NCBI GenBank assembly: GCA_043228905.1
Contig: JBHGNT010000011.1
Span: 3,658,001-3,722,000, forward strand
DNA: 64,000 nt
Origin: Azolla caroliniana
Taxonomy: Eukaryota; Plantae; Polypodiophyta
Direction of reading: 5' to 3'
Part shown: in pieces, positions 1-13,511 of the stretch
How positions within the stretch are numbered: the stretch's first letter is position 1
Layout of the letters: each line of letters starts with the position of its first letter
The notes under the pieces: generated by a model
Databases searched by the model: none
What the model was told of the DNA's origin: nothing
The model's input: the letters and a program-made list of their open reading frames with translations, nothing else
Translations under genes and position numbers: made by a program

Positions 1-724
1 GCATGTATTGTATTGCATGTGTGTATGTATGTGTTGTTTGTGTGTGTTATATATATGTGCATATGTATGTATTGTATTGCATGTGTGTATGTATGTGTTG
101 TTTGTGTGTGTTATATATATGTGCATATGTATGTATTTTATTGCATGTGTATATATGTATTTGTGTATGTGTTATATGTGTGTGTGTGAGTATATGTTCT
201 ATACATGTGCATATGTATGTATTATATTGCATGTGTTTGTATGAATGTGTTGTGTGTGTGTGTGTGCATGTGTGTGTTCTATATATGTGCATATGTATGT
301 ATTGCATTGCATGTGTATATATGTATGTGTGTGAGCGTATATATTCTATACATGTGCATATGTATGTATTCTATTGCATGAGTGTATGTATGTATGTGTT
401 GTGTCCGTGTGTATATTTCTTATACATACTTGTAGGCTGTAAATTTTTTATCAACAGTAGTTGTGGCAGTAGCTACAGAGGCTAGAGGCGACCAAAGGCA
501 GCACAACGAGGTGAGTAGAGGCGACAACAACAATACGAAGAGAACAAAGGCAGTTGCAAGGAGAGTAGAAGCAACAAAAACGAGGAGAATAGAGGCAACA
601 ACAAAGAGGAGAACAAAGGCAGAAAAACTCTAAATTAAAAAGTGTGAATGTATGAATGTTATGTTTACTATGAATGTATGTATCTATAAATGAATGAATA
701 TATGTATGCTTGCATGAATGTATG

Positions 725-763
<39 letters not shown>

Positions 764-1245
764 AATGTACATATGTAATGTATGTATGTAATGTATGTAT
801 GTATGTATGAATGTATATATATATTAAGAAGATATCTTGTCATTAGTGTAACCATTTTTACAAGATTTTAAATTCTATGTGATCGGTGGGGGAAACAACC
901 ATTTCGGAGGTTGAAAATGCCAATAAGGAGTATCACAATTGGTTGTCATCAATGGAGTAGCTTTCCATATAGTGATAAACTCATGCCGTTGAGCAATTTT
1001 AGCTTAAGAATGTACCTAATATATCTAATATGTAATATGTAATGTATCTATGTATGAATTACATACGTGTATATGCAATATGCAATGTATGTATGTATAT
1101 GTATATAATGTACTATGTAATGTATGTATGTATGTATGAATATATATATATGTAACATACATATGTGTATATATCTAATATGTAATATGCAATGTATCTA
1201 TGTATGAATGTACATACGTGTATATGCAATATGTAATGTATGTAT
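1..1245. repeat. Low-complexity (TGTA)n/(TG)n/(TA)n microsatellite block with ~64-bp higher-order units, interrupted by purine-rich CAA/GAG segments
   Basis: Near-alternating purine/pyrimidine runs at 1-430, 645-825 and 1020-1245. The unit gcatatgtatgtattgtattgcatgtgtgtatg... recurs, and 1021-1095 is repeated at about 1171-1245. Confidence 0.9.
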
Positions 1246-1321
1246 AAGCAACAACAGAGAACACGTAGAGAGGAGAAACAAGCGAACGCTACAGAGAACG
1301 TTGTCGAAGACGACGACGAAG

Positions 1322-3001
1322 ATGGCTGACACGGTACACCAGGGGAACTCTGACGCAACACCCCCGACAACCTCTCCACGGTCAACTATCACTGTCGTCT
1401 TCACACCGGACGAAGAAGCTATGCCGAAAACAAAGGTAAGTCGTCTGCACTCCTATTCAATCGTGTGCATGGTTATAGGATTAAGGCCGAATAGAGGAGA
1501 TTTGAGAGATCTCCTCTAGGCAGCTTTTCATCATCGGATCGGCAAAATAATTGATGTTCAATTCCTTGGACATGGTTTCTATCATTTAGAATTGGACATG
1601 GCCGAATCCATAGTGGTAATGTTAACGGCTAATATGACTAATATTCGCAATGCAATTGTTTGCTTTATGCCATGGCAACCGAGCTTTGATCCCGTCCAAA
1701 TGTTAAATTTGGGACATCGGCTGATTCCGATTTCCGTGCTTTTCTTGAGAATCCCTAAGGAATATATGGCTGTACTTCCATCAATCACCGCAAGAATCGG
1801 CATGGTTCTTCCTCCACATGAAGAGGCATTAGAAACAAAGATCTCAGGATACCCATCAATTTGGATGTTGGTTCCCTCAATGGAAAATTGACCGTCTTAG
1901 GTACTTTTACCATCAATTATCGGGAATTCGATGTTCATGCAAAAACTAGAATATGTAGGTATGCCTGGACAATGCTTTTATTGCAAACAGAAAGGTCATG
2001 TATTAAAAGATTGCCCCCCAAAAAAGAAGGGATTTGGATCCCAAAATGGTACAAGTAATGAACATATAGAGGTTAACCATTTTAATTTGAATAAAAGTCA
2101 ACAATCACATCTAGGTGAGGGAACTAAGAAAGGGAAGAATGTTTAGGCCTCCAAGGATGATAAAGGGAAAAATATTCAACCCTCCCAAGATGAGGCGTAG
2201 AAACCAATTGCAAAGCGGCACACAATACCCAATAAGACCATAGAATCTAAGGGTGCTCATGTAAATATAAGTCGTTGTGAAGTCATACAAGTATTGGATA
2301 ACTCTTTGTCTCAAAATGATGTTCAGATATGCCAAATTAGTAAGGGTTTTGAACAATCTAGTCTTGGTGGAGAAGAGACTGAATGAGTCAATAACGTTGC
2401 TATGTTCACTTAGAGTAATACAAAAACGGTATGAAGTAAAGAAAATTTAAAAGTGTCTAATGCATCTCGATCATGTCATAGATCTATAAAATGGTCATCT
2501 AGCTTGAGGGGATTGAATGCGAACTTCATTCGCACAATCCCAATAAACTCTCTAGTAGAAAATAATTGTGATGTTGCAGTCACTAGATGGAATACCACAT
2601 ATGGATTTGAGTTTTTGAAATTTTTGGGAGACATGGTTGATAATGGGGATGCATCAATACGAGTTGATGTTCTTTTCAGATCTATGCAATCTCCAGTAGG
2701 ATTTTCCTTTCCTTTTTGTCGATATGATAAACAAACATGGGTGGTAGTGGATGTTCGATTGACTGTTAGACAACAAACTTTACATTTTGCAAAATATGTT
2801 AATTGTGACAATTTTGGGAAAACATTATTAAGGGGACTTGAGGGAGTAACTATGCAACTTTTGCTAGTGTCTGATGTGATGGGGCGGAGGCAAGTGGTTG
2901 TCGCCTTAGATTCTGAGATCCTTTCAAATTGTGGATATACCTATATTCATGAAGATGGGTTATCGGAAGGGCAAGTATTAGCTAAAGCTCATCATCATTA
3001 A
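1322..3001 (+). pseudogene. LINE (L1-type) ORF1, degenerate: DUF4283-like N-terminal region, CCHC zinc knuckle, unknown C-terminal domain
   Basis: Translation gives ...RPNRGDLRDLL*AAF...KIIDVQFLGHGFYHLEL...PWQPSFDP... and GQCFYCKQKGHVLKDCP (CX2CX4HX4C). It has stops and frameshifts and lies directly upstream of an EN-RT ORF2. Confidence 0.8.
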
Positions 3002-3097
3002 AGAATGGTACGTGATGCGATACCCTTATCAGGTTCAGTAAGCGGTGAGCAAGATGGCAATGAGGTCACTTTGGAGCCTTTAGCGAAAAACATGAAA

Positions 3098-6000
3098 ATG
3101 GCATCATAACAACCTAAATTTTCTTAAATGCGAGTGTGTCATGGAATGTTTAGGGGTTAAGGGGGCCCTTATATAGACGATACAAACATCGTCTCTGTCA
3201 AGAAATCAACAAATGCATAGTGGGTGGATCCCTAGCTTTTCTTTTAATACAAGAACATCATTTAAATACTTTTAGAATTTCTCGTTATGGTTCTATTTTA
3301 CCTGGAAACTGGGACATGCTTTGGTCTCCCATAGTAGGAAACACAGAAGTCTATGGAGAGGTTTGTATGGCTATTTTACAAAGGTGGATGTCATCCATTA
3401 TCCAAAAACAAGTGGTTATTCTGGGAAGGGCTCAATTTGTTATTATACAAGAGGAAGAGATTTCATGGGGACTTTTAAATATATACTCTCCCAATACTGC
3501 CTCGGATCGACAACAATTTTGGAAAGATTTATTAAATAAATTGCCTCCTCTTGATCATTGGTGTATTGCTGGTGATTTCAATATGCTTGAGGACCCCATC
3601 GATAGAATGGGAGGTCGCTCAATCACGATACATGGCCCTGAATTAGCAATGTGGGAACAATTGGTGTTTTCCTTACAAATGTTAGACACTTGGCATGCTC
3701 CTTCCATGGTTCGTACAAATACCTCACTTTTGTTTTCAAGATCAGATAGGCGAGTAAATGGTACTAATCTAGCTCGCCTATCTAGATAGGTGAGAAACTT
3801 GGGTTAGCAAAACAAGAGCTTGCTGAACTATTAGAATAGTGTGCAGAATTTCAATATCATCGCAAGACAGCTAATTGGACTCAAATGGGTGACAAATGTA
3901 CAACTGAGTTTTTTCATCCAATGAGACTCAATTATAAAACAACTATAACATGAGAATGGGATCATCTTATTTGACCCTCAAGTAATGAGAGAAATAGCCA
4001 CACAATACTATTCTAACCGATTATCAGCTGTTTCCTTCTTCGATGAGGAATTATTTTGTCGATCATGTGTATGGAATAAGCTGAATCCAAGAATAACACA
4101 GGATATGAATGCACGTCTTCAGGATGTTCTTACTTGTGATGAATTGAGTGAAGCACTTCAAGCTGTGCCTAAAAATTGTTGTCCAAGTATGGATGGTCTA
4201 ACCCCAACATTCTTTATTAAATATTGGGACATATTCAAAGCAGATTTATGCACAACATTTCAACAAATTCTTCACGAGGGTAATATGCCTTCCCAGTTTA
4301 CAGATGGATTAATTTACCTTATCCCTAAATCAGACGGACCTTCACTTGACATCAAGAAATGACAGCCGATTACGCTACAAAATACAATGTATAAAATTTT
4401 AGCTAAAGCAATTAGTATACGACTTAGTACCATAATGCCTACAGTTATACACTCGGCTCAAACAGGATTCATTCGAGAAAGGGGTATTTTGGATAATGTT
4501 TACACATTTTGGGAATCTGTGGCCTTGGCAACCAAATCTAATCAAAAGTTGGCCGTTGTTATGCTTGATTTTGAGAAAGCCTATGATCGTGTTGAGTATT
4601 GAATCGCTTTCGGTTCTCAAAAGAATGGATAAGAGGCATTTCCTCATTATATAATGCTACACAAAGCCGAGTCTTGTTGGCTGGAAATTATGGTCCTTCG
4701 TTTTATATTTCTTGATTAGTTCGTCAGGGTTGTCCATTGGCTCCCTTCCTGTTTCTGTTTTTTGTTGAGGCAATGATTTCCTTTTTGAATGCTGCTGATA
4801 CAGACGATGCATTCCACTCCCACATATAGAAGTAAGGGATGTTGATAATGTAGACGACACTGCCCTATACTTGAAACGTGATTTGGAAAATTTGCAAAAG
4901 ATAGAATTGGCCATATCCACATTCTGTATGGCTTCAGGTGCACTGGTTAATTGGAACAAGTCCTTTTCCTTTTGGGTGGGAGATGCAAATCCTCCATTAC
5001 GGAATCCACATCCGCAATTTCGATGGATACCATCAGGTTGCCCAGTTCGGTACCTACGATGTACTATACGAATTGATCTTTGGATGGAAAATCAAGTGGC
5101 TTCCCTCCTATTGTCATTGAGATAAAAATTGTTATTATGGAGTTCAGCCAAGTTGTCTTTTGCTGGTCGGATTGTAGTTGCCAATCAAGTTTTATTGGCT
5201 TCAACATGGTATGTTTTGTCATGTTAGATATTCTCCAAGTCATGTATTTTGAAAATACGCAAATTGATTCGTAATTTTCTGTGGTCCGATAAAACGGAAG
5301 GCAATGCTCAGTCTAAAGTAAAATGGGATGTTATTAGCTTACCTCATTCTAAAAGAGGACTAGGCATTATTGATCCAGTAGACCAATCAAGAGCATTATT
5401 AAGTAAGTTGCTCATTAGAGGATTTACATCGGGCAAAGAGATATGGAAAGTACTATTGCTTGACCGTTCAGATTGCTCTCCTTGATTAGGTGTCCCCTGG
5501 TCTAAGGATGTAAATTGGATATTTCTGGAAACTTTCAGAGTACCTGCAACTAACAAGTGGGAAGAAAAATTTATTAGGACATTATTTTCAGCATGGAAAC
5601 AAGTATTAAACCTGCTTTGCTTCGCAATAAACCTAAACCCAAACACTATCTTGAGTATCTCAGACAAAGGATAGTCTAGAATCCATTGTTTACAACTTCA
5701 GATGGTTTAGTGTTGGGTTCTAGATCATGGTTATCGTGGGGGAAAATGATAGAAGGTCCTGCAAAAACAGTTCAGACATGGCAACGTTTTTTATCACGTT
5801 CATGGGAAGAGCAAAAAGAAATCCTAGGTAGTATGCATGGTGGCCAAATAATGTATCAACAAATTCAAGAAGTATTCCCCATTTCACCCAATAACTCTAA
5901 CCACAGATGGGTTGGGGTTTATTCACGATTGGAAGTACTCTTGGCTGTTAAGGGATATTCAGATGATAAGACCTACCGATCTTTTGAGGTGGATGAAGCA

Positions 6001-6125
6001 AACCAATTGACACAGTCGGGGGAAATGAGGATAGATTACCCTTATGGTATGGAACACAAGGTAAGAGTCATCGGATATGCTGACCGTAAACGGTATATTG
6101 ATCCAATGATTGAGGAAATAAAGAC
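3098..6125 (+). pseudogene. LINE ORF2 (APE endonuclease + reverse transcriptase), degenerate, broken off at ~6125
   Basis: EN motifs SWNV.GL, LLIQEHH, LNIYSPN, WCIAGDFN, LDTW. RT motifs PSMDGL..TFF, LIYLIPK, YKILAK, QTGFI..R.I.DN, LDFEKAYDRV, VRQGCPLAP, VDDT, RNFLW. Confidence 0.92.
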
Positions 6126-6309
6126 ACATAGCCACACCCAAGGCCCCCAGGCAAGTTCACACTTGGACTAATGGGTTGTCTCAATCCCGAGGAGTAAAAG
6201 TAATCCTCCTCTTGTTTACACTTTCGTTTAACCCTCACACTTTATTCACGTGTATAGAATAGTACGGTACATTCTCACCACGGGATACTATATGGTCATG
6301 CTCGTAACA
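6126..6309 (-). mobile_element. Partial Gypsy LTR (first ~185 bp), same family as the LTR at 31977-32403, inverted
   Basis: The reverse complement tgttacgagcatgaccatatagtatc...gtgtgagggttaaacga...gattgagacaacc...ccaagtgtgaacttgcctgg aligns by eye with 31977-32160. Confidence 0.85.
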
Positions 6310-7259
6310 TATACGACCTAAAGCAGGCACTGAGACAGTGGTATAAGAAGGTGGATGACTTCATCTAATCAGTCGGCTTCTCCATGAGCGATGGGGACCA
6401 CTACCTCTTCACGAATATAGCTCAAGATGGGTCATCCATCTTCCTCATCATCTACGTGGATGACATGCTACTCTCTGGTCGGCATGTCAGAGACCTCGCC
6501 AAACTTATCCGGCAACTGTTGTTGAAGTTTGCGATCAAGAACCTTGGTCCGGCAAGACACATTTTCAGAATGAAGATAAGTTATCCAAAGACAGTTGTTT
6601 TTGTGTCAATCCAAGTACATTGGATGTGTCTTAGAACGCTTCAACATGCAATCAGAAAAATATGCTTCGACCCCCCTCCCCATTAGCACTCGGCTGTCTC
6701 AATGAGACTGCCTGACATCCGGTTCGGAGGGGGAAATTATGAAGTCAGTACCGTATGCACCGGCAGTCAGTACCATGGAATCCTATTCGGTCCGAATACT
6801 TCAAGCGTAGTCAGATACACCGACTCAGACTTTGCCGACTATTTGGATAGTCGAAAATCGACAACCAAATATTGGTTCAAATTCGACAATGGGGTGATCT
6901 CGTGGAAATCGAAACTCTAGTTGTATACGCCCATTACGGGGCACTGTCGAATACTTGTCTATAATGGCCATATTTACATTGTATCCTGGACAAACTAGAT
7001 TTAGGAAATTTCTGTAAATATGTCAAAGGGCAGCTGCCCTAGCCTAGTTAGTATATAATGGGCTCTGTAACCTAGTTTGTGTGGTTGTTCATCTTGTACA
7101 TTGTGAGCTTGAATAATAAATTTCTTCTTGTGTGCCTCTGTGCCTCTCTCTCTCTCTCATTCTGCTCTCTAATCTTGCCTTTATATTGTGCACTCGGTGA
7201 TCCTTATTGAAAAGTGTGGTTGATGTTTCTGCACTTACGGTCTCAGTCGAAAGCAGCAA
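6310..7259 (+). mobile_element. Old Ty1/Copia remnant related to family A: RT/RNaseH fragment, PPT and diverged 3' LTR (~6945-7259)
   Basis: IFLIIYVDDMLLSGRH, YTDSDFA..LDSRKSTT, ISWKSKL. tgtatacgcccattacgggg followed by tgtcgaatac matches the family A 3' end at 23967-24000. The right LTR edge is approximate. Confidence 0.8.
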
Positions 7260-9001
7260 TGGCCCCGTTTGCTTGTGAACAGGGGAACTGGCCTTGCATG
7301 CAGTAATGTGAGGTGACATGTATCGAAATCTAGTTGGGCCCTGCTCTGAATAAACCAATCACATCAGAGTGTGACTGGGAACAATCGATGCGAAAGTACG
7401 TAAAAGGTGTGCGTGATTGTGGTTGGGCCAAGCTTGAGTGTGCAGAAGACTGTGGTGTTGGACTGATATAGGAGTTGGTGATCGCCGAACAACACCTTGA
7501 TGGGGGGGCCTTTGGAGGTTGCAAGATTGAGGTGATTGGCCAAATCTTGGTTGATGGAAGATATACTACTACCGAAATCGAAGAGAACTTCGGGTTGGCT
7601 ATGGAGGATTGTGGTGATGGTTGTGCACACGGGAGAACTTGAGGATGTGGATGCTTGTATGTGCAGGGTTTGTGCTCCCTTCAACACTTTGCAACTTAGT
7701 TTTCTGACAGGTCGGCCCAGTAACTGTTGCTAGCCAATCGTACTTGCACATTTTGGTGTTTGATTGCTCCATTTCCGATAGTGCTTCTTCATGAACCCAT
7801 AATTAATGTAGACAAAACACTTAGGTCTTCATCGTGCATCACGTGTCGGTAGGGTCCTTCTTGCTTGTAGCTGAGCATTTTGGACATCGACTTCCATTGG
7901 TGTGGCGTTGTTGTTGTACTGCTTCTTGAAAGTGTCGTTGGATGACCAAGTCATCTAGAGCTCTGTTTGTGTTGTTGCTTCAATGCGTTGTGCAATGAGG
8001 ATGACTTCTTGAAATTTCTTGGTGCCTTGGTTGCGCACTTGACGATATATATCCGGGCATAGCCATGGCCATAAAAAGAATAACTTCATTGATTCTAGCA
8101 TTGTCGGATTTGCACGAGTAAGTAATTGTTGTAATCATACTGCAAATTGTGTTACTGGCTCATGTTGTTGTTGTTTGATTATCTCTAGTTGTTGTAGGGC
8201 CGTTTGAGTTGAGTCATGGTGAGCGAAATTCCTAATCATGAGGGATTTAAGTATCGGCCAATTGTTCTTGGCCTTATTTGTTTGCTGTATGAACCATGTA
8301 TCCGTGGTGCCCTCCAATAACGTTCGCATTTCTAGTGCTTTCCATGCTTTGGCCCACTGATGATAGCTTGCCACCATTTCAAAATGATCGAGCCAAGAAA
8401 GAATGTCCTCTGAGGGTAGATCAGAGAAGGATTTAGGTTGTCTTCGTGGATCTAGACGATTAGCATGCCTATCTTGATTAGTCAGATTTGATTGTATTGT
8501 GATGTTAGATACCGCTTGCATTAATTGATCTATCTAGAAAGTTTGACAGTTTTCTTGGTGCTGTTGCAAGAATTCTGGATTCATGTCGGTGAAATCTGTT
8601 ACACCGTTATTTTGTATTGAGGATACCATGTTGGTTTCAACTTGTTGTGCTTGTGTCTTGTTGTGTTGGGGTAGTGTTGCAGCTTCTTCTTCTTGCTGTG
8701 GTGGTGTCTGATCTGTTGGAGTAGTGTCTTGTTTTGTTGTGACTCTTTCTTGATGTGGTGTCTGAGTGTTGCATGTCTTCTCCACCAAAGTTTGTGAAAG
8801 CCTCAAACTCTCTCCCTTCTTCCATGACATCTCAACTCTTTTATAGAGTTTCGTAGTAGATTCCAAGATACCTTCTGTTATCTTGGCACACTTATAGTTA
8901 CTCCTTTAGTTACCTCTAACTAACCCCTAACTAACCTAAGGTATAACTCCCCTTACCCTGGTAATAGTTACTTGGGTTAGGTGAGGGGTTTGCAATCCCA
9001 C
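7260..9001 (-). mobile_element. Ty3/Gypsy gag-protease remnant, with a possible short 5' LTR at ~8830-9001
   Basis: Retrotransposon gag-like WLDHFEMVA..HQW...L.G....WF...W..LK (8135-8521) and aspartic-protease-like VLFDFGSSISSIN (7364-7687). The LTR call is tentative. Confidence 0.7.
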
Positions 9002-10448
9002 AATATGGTAATATATTGTATCAGTAAGTCTGTGAGTTTGTCTCATAAAATAGGAAGCCATTGGGGTTTGTGTACGCATGATCCATGATTCTCACTTGGG
9101 AAGAGGCGACATAAAAGGCTTGCCTTGAGAGAGAGAGAGCACGAGAACATGGGAGAGTTGAGAATGAGAGGGGGTTAAAAAATAGTCGTTTAAGGGTGTT
9201 GCTCTACGACACCGTACACGATGCAATTGCAAATTGCATTGCTAATAGCCTCACTCAGCAGTGGGCTATAAGTGAGGTCATAGGAAACGTAGTTAGCAAC
9301 TTGTTTTCATTCAACACGTAGGTGGTCACCCTTCTAGCATGAACATAGCATTGATTTGTCATTGTGCATAAGACTTGTGTTTTACATCAAGGCACGATCA
9401 TACCTAGAGATTAAAAAGAAGGTTAATATTTGAATCCCCTAGTTCTCTAAAAAGGCAAATGGTTGGGAAACGAAACCCTATATTGTAGAATGGAACATGA
9501 AAGTAAATCTTTGGAAATTCTCTTCATGAGAAATGAAATGTGCAATGTCTCGAACAAAAACGAAAATTTCTAGTATACTAATTTGGGCTTTCAAAAACAT
9601 AAACATGAAATTTGTTTAGACAAGAAATTCAACATATCAACTACACGTGGACTTCTTATTAGTGCTTTATATGTGCCCTTGATCTTCTAAATGGCTATAT
9701 GAGGCATTTCTGGTGACAACGTATTATTTCAAACTTCAATCTTTAAATATAAACAAATAAATACTAACTTGAATTTTAGAAAACATATTTGGAAGACTTG
9801 CTTTGACTCTGATTTCCTTTTAGAAAAACCCTGCTCCCTAAGTGCGGAGCTTGGTTATGTGCACTTAAGAGAATGTTTACTATACTTTGTGCTTCAAGTT
9901 TATTCTTGGTCCTTTTCAAGTTTATTGTGCAAAGCATGGTCATCATTTTGTTCAATCCTCTATTCCATTGAGAAAATATTTGTGTTTTATCAAAGTCGCG
10001 ACACGCATTGCCTTTATATCATTTAGATCATCTATATGTGTTTTTTTCATCTTTAGGGACTTGACTATCCATTCAATGATAAAAAAGTCATGGGTCAACA
10101 TGACATATAATGATTATGAAAAAGGGCAATAAAAACAATATTCATGACTGCTTCATTTTAACATGTGAAATGCGTCATGTTAACATGTGAAACGAAAGCA
10201 GAGAATGGGTGACTGTTGAATGTGATCTCGAACACTATGAGATTGTAAGGCATTAACAAGCGAACTTCAGTAACTCTTTTTGATTTTTTTTTTCTATTCT
10301 TTCTTCTCCCAATCTAATCATGTATAGTCAATATGTGTTTTTTTATTGATTCAATGATGTTGTAGTGGTAATGGATTGGTGTTATAAAACGTATACATAT
10401 GTGGATGAGATCAATACCTTAGTTGACATATATTTGATATGTGATTTC

Positions 10449-13400
10449 TGTTGGGAAACATGTCCCTCCGGATGGGAAGAGAAGGTATCGGCCTTGGCCG
10501 AAACCGAAATCAAAATCAAAATCGGAAACCGAAATCATTTTGGAAGACTATAATTGTAAATAGTTTAAAATGCCCTTGTGGGTTATACTTGTAAATAGCC
10601 AGAAAGTTGCTTTTGTTTATAAGCAACTAGGGCAAACTTTAGTAAGAATGTAGTTGATCATTATTGACCGTGAGTGAGAGAGTGAGAGTGTAACTTTGTA
10701 GCCATCTATCAGACGAAGGAGAACTCAAGGTCATTGCCTCCGAGTTCTGTATTTGTACTTCCTCTCTACTAGAGTGATCTATTCTCTTGGGGTTTGTGGA
10801 CCCCCGTGGTTTTTCCCATTTCGGGTTTTCCACGTAAAATATCGGTGTCTTTGTGTCTGCACGGTTTTTTGTCTGTGTACTACTTCTTGTTCTCTACACA
10901 CAAATACGAACATGAAACCGGTTGTGGCCGGTCGATTTCTAACAAAGTGGTATCAGAGCGATGGAAGACTCGTTCGACGACATGTTTAAGCTAACCGGCT
11001 CCAACTATTCAATGTGGAAGTCGAAGATGAGATGCATGTTTGTGTGCCAAGACCTCTGGCTGCCGGTGCCGTTCAGAGATAAAAGAGCAGACAAGGTCGA
11101 TGTAGCGACTTGGGAAGTGTTGCATCTGAAGGCGAGCACATATATATGGTGTTTTATAGACATGAGTTTGTACAAAAACTTCCGCGAAGAAATAGAAGCA
11201 GACGTCCTATAGAAGAAGATCGATGTCATGTTCGAAAACAAGAATGCCGTGAACCGAGTCTTAGTATTTCGAAAAATTGTGAGGCTCCAGTATCAAGATG
11301 GCTCCAATATGGCGGAGCACATCAATGCCTTCCAAGGATTGATGAACCAAACCACCTCTTTAGATTTACCTCTGGCCAATGAGGTATTAAAATTACTGTT
11401 GCTGGGATCCCTTCCGGACAGTTGGGAGACGCTCGTTGTCACGTTGGGCAACACCGGACCGGAAGGGAAGCATCTATCCCTAGAGCAGGTGAAGTTGAGC
11501 TTGCTGAATGAAGAAGCTCGCATGAAGAACCGTGAGTCCAACATTGATAAGAAGGCCTTAGTCACAGAAGGTGACACAATTCGGGGAAGAGGCCGAAATC
11601 GAAGTCCCCAGAATTGAGATAAGTCGGGGACCAGGTCGAAGTCGAGGGGGAGACCCACGTGCTTCTATTGTGGGAAATCGGGGCACTTCCAGAAAAACTG
11701 CTGACACTTTCGAAAGGGGAAAGGGGGAGTTGATGGTGTAGAGCCAAAGAAATCCTGGACAGAAAGAATAGCTTAGTAATCGTTGCAAGTGAGGAGGAGT
11801 TGTTGCTCATCAGTGAGCAAAACGAAGTGAATCTCGGGCGAAGAATCGACATGGGTGGTCGATTCGGATGCGTCATTCCACCTAAGCCCTAACCGAAAGT
11901 GATTCTCATCCTATAGAGCCATAGATCTCGGATCCGTAAAGATGGGAAATGAAGGAGCATGCCAAATCATCGGCATTGGAGATGTGTGTTTGGAAACCTC
12001 AACCGGGTGCAGAAATCGTGTTGAGAGATGTACGACTTGTTCCAGAGGTTCAATTGAACCTAATATCAGCCAATTGAACCTAGATGATGAAGGCTACACG
12101 GATAACATCCGAAACGGTGCCATGAAGTTCTGCCGAGGAAGTCTGATCGTGGCTCGAGCCCGGAAAACCAACACACTGTACATAATGAATGCTCGAATAT
12201 GCTGAGGGGAAGCAAACGTCGGTGAATTGTAGCACAGGAGGTTGTGCCATATGAGCCAGAAGGGGATGCGAAGGCTTGCCGAGGACAACCTTGTTCCTAA
12301 GGTGAAGAACGTGCAACTTGAGAAGTGCACGGATTGCTTGGCCGGTAAGCAGAACCGAACATCCTTCCGAACGAGGCCCCCGATGAGGAATAAAATGCCG
12401 TTGGAACTCGTTCATACGGACGTATGCTATGTGGACACGAATTCGCATGGTGGTTCATAGTATTTCGTGACCTTCATTGATGACTGTAGCCGGAAGTTGT
12501 GGGCTTCTGTGCTGAAGACGAAGGATCAAGTGTTATCCGTCTTCAAAGAGTTCCAAGCAAGGGCCGAGAGAGAAATCGGCTGAAAATTGATGGCAGCCCG
12601 AGCAGATAATGATGGAGAGTATCGTGGACCGTTCGAGGAATAACTCCGAAATCATGGAATCCGGCTCGAATATACCGTGTTGAAGACGCAAGAGCTTAAT
12701 GGGCTGGCCGAGAGAATGAACTGGACCGTAATGGAAAGGGTCCGAAGTATGCTTACACATGCTAAGTTACCAAAGATGTTCTGGGCTGAGGTGCTGATGA
12801 CAACAACGCACGTGATAAACCGATCACCCTCAATACCCTTGGACAGTGATATTCCACAAAGGGTGTGGTGTGGCAAAGACGTATCGTACCGACATTTGAG
12901 GGTGTTCGGTTGACTTGCTTATGTGCATATGGAAAAGGACTAGAGGGGGAACTTGGACCCGAAATCTCGGCCATGCACATTTCTTGGCTACGACAATGAT
13001 GAATTTGGCTATTGGCTATGGGACTTTTAGCAAAGAAGAAAGTGATTAGGAACCACGACATTGTCTTCATGGAGGAAAAGACAATAGTTGACTGGGACAT
13101 TGAGGATAAGTCTCCAACTACCGAATCGAACCGACTCGACGCTCAACCGAATCGAGTAGAACCCGATTCGATTGAAATCGAATCCGAGCCAGTCGGCCGA
13201 GTTAATACTCAGCAAAATCGAGAACTGACCGAAGAATGAGGGGAATTGGTCGAACAAGGAATTGAATTCGACTCGGCTGAAGAAGTTGAAGAAGAACCAA
13301 CCGTGCCGAATGGAGGCCAAAGATATCCCCTAAGAGAAAGGAGGCCCCCTCGAAGATTTGCGGATGAAGAGCATGTATTGCTAACCGATGGGGGGGAGCC

Positions 13401-13511
13401 GGAAAGCTTTGAAGAAGCTAAGCAAGATACCCACAACCGAAAGTAGTTGAGTACCATGCAAGAGGAGATGGATTCCTTGCATGAGAACCACACATATGAA
13501 CAGACTGAACT
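10449..13511 (+). mobile_element. Ty1/Copia element B (relative of C/E), 3'-truncated: 5' LTR 10449-10944, PBS 10948-10959, degenerate gag-PR-INT 10961-13511
   Basis: TG...CA LTR; tggtatcagagc (tRNA-iMet PBS); LLLLGSLPDSWETLVVTL, CFYCGKSGH, WVVDSDASFH, LELVHTDVC, ELNGLAERMNWT, RYPLRERRPPRRF. Many stops; it ends at the start of RT. Confidence 0.92.

Noticed and set aside
3-1404. Cys/Val/Tyr- and His/Thr-rich ORFs
   Set aside because: They are translations of TG/TA microsatellites, which lack stop codons by composition.
9002-10448. Possible host gene exons in the non-repetitive gaps (also 33330-36960)
   Set aside because: Only short ORFs with no recognisable motif or convincing splice pattern; small exons cannot be excluded without transcript data.
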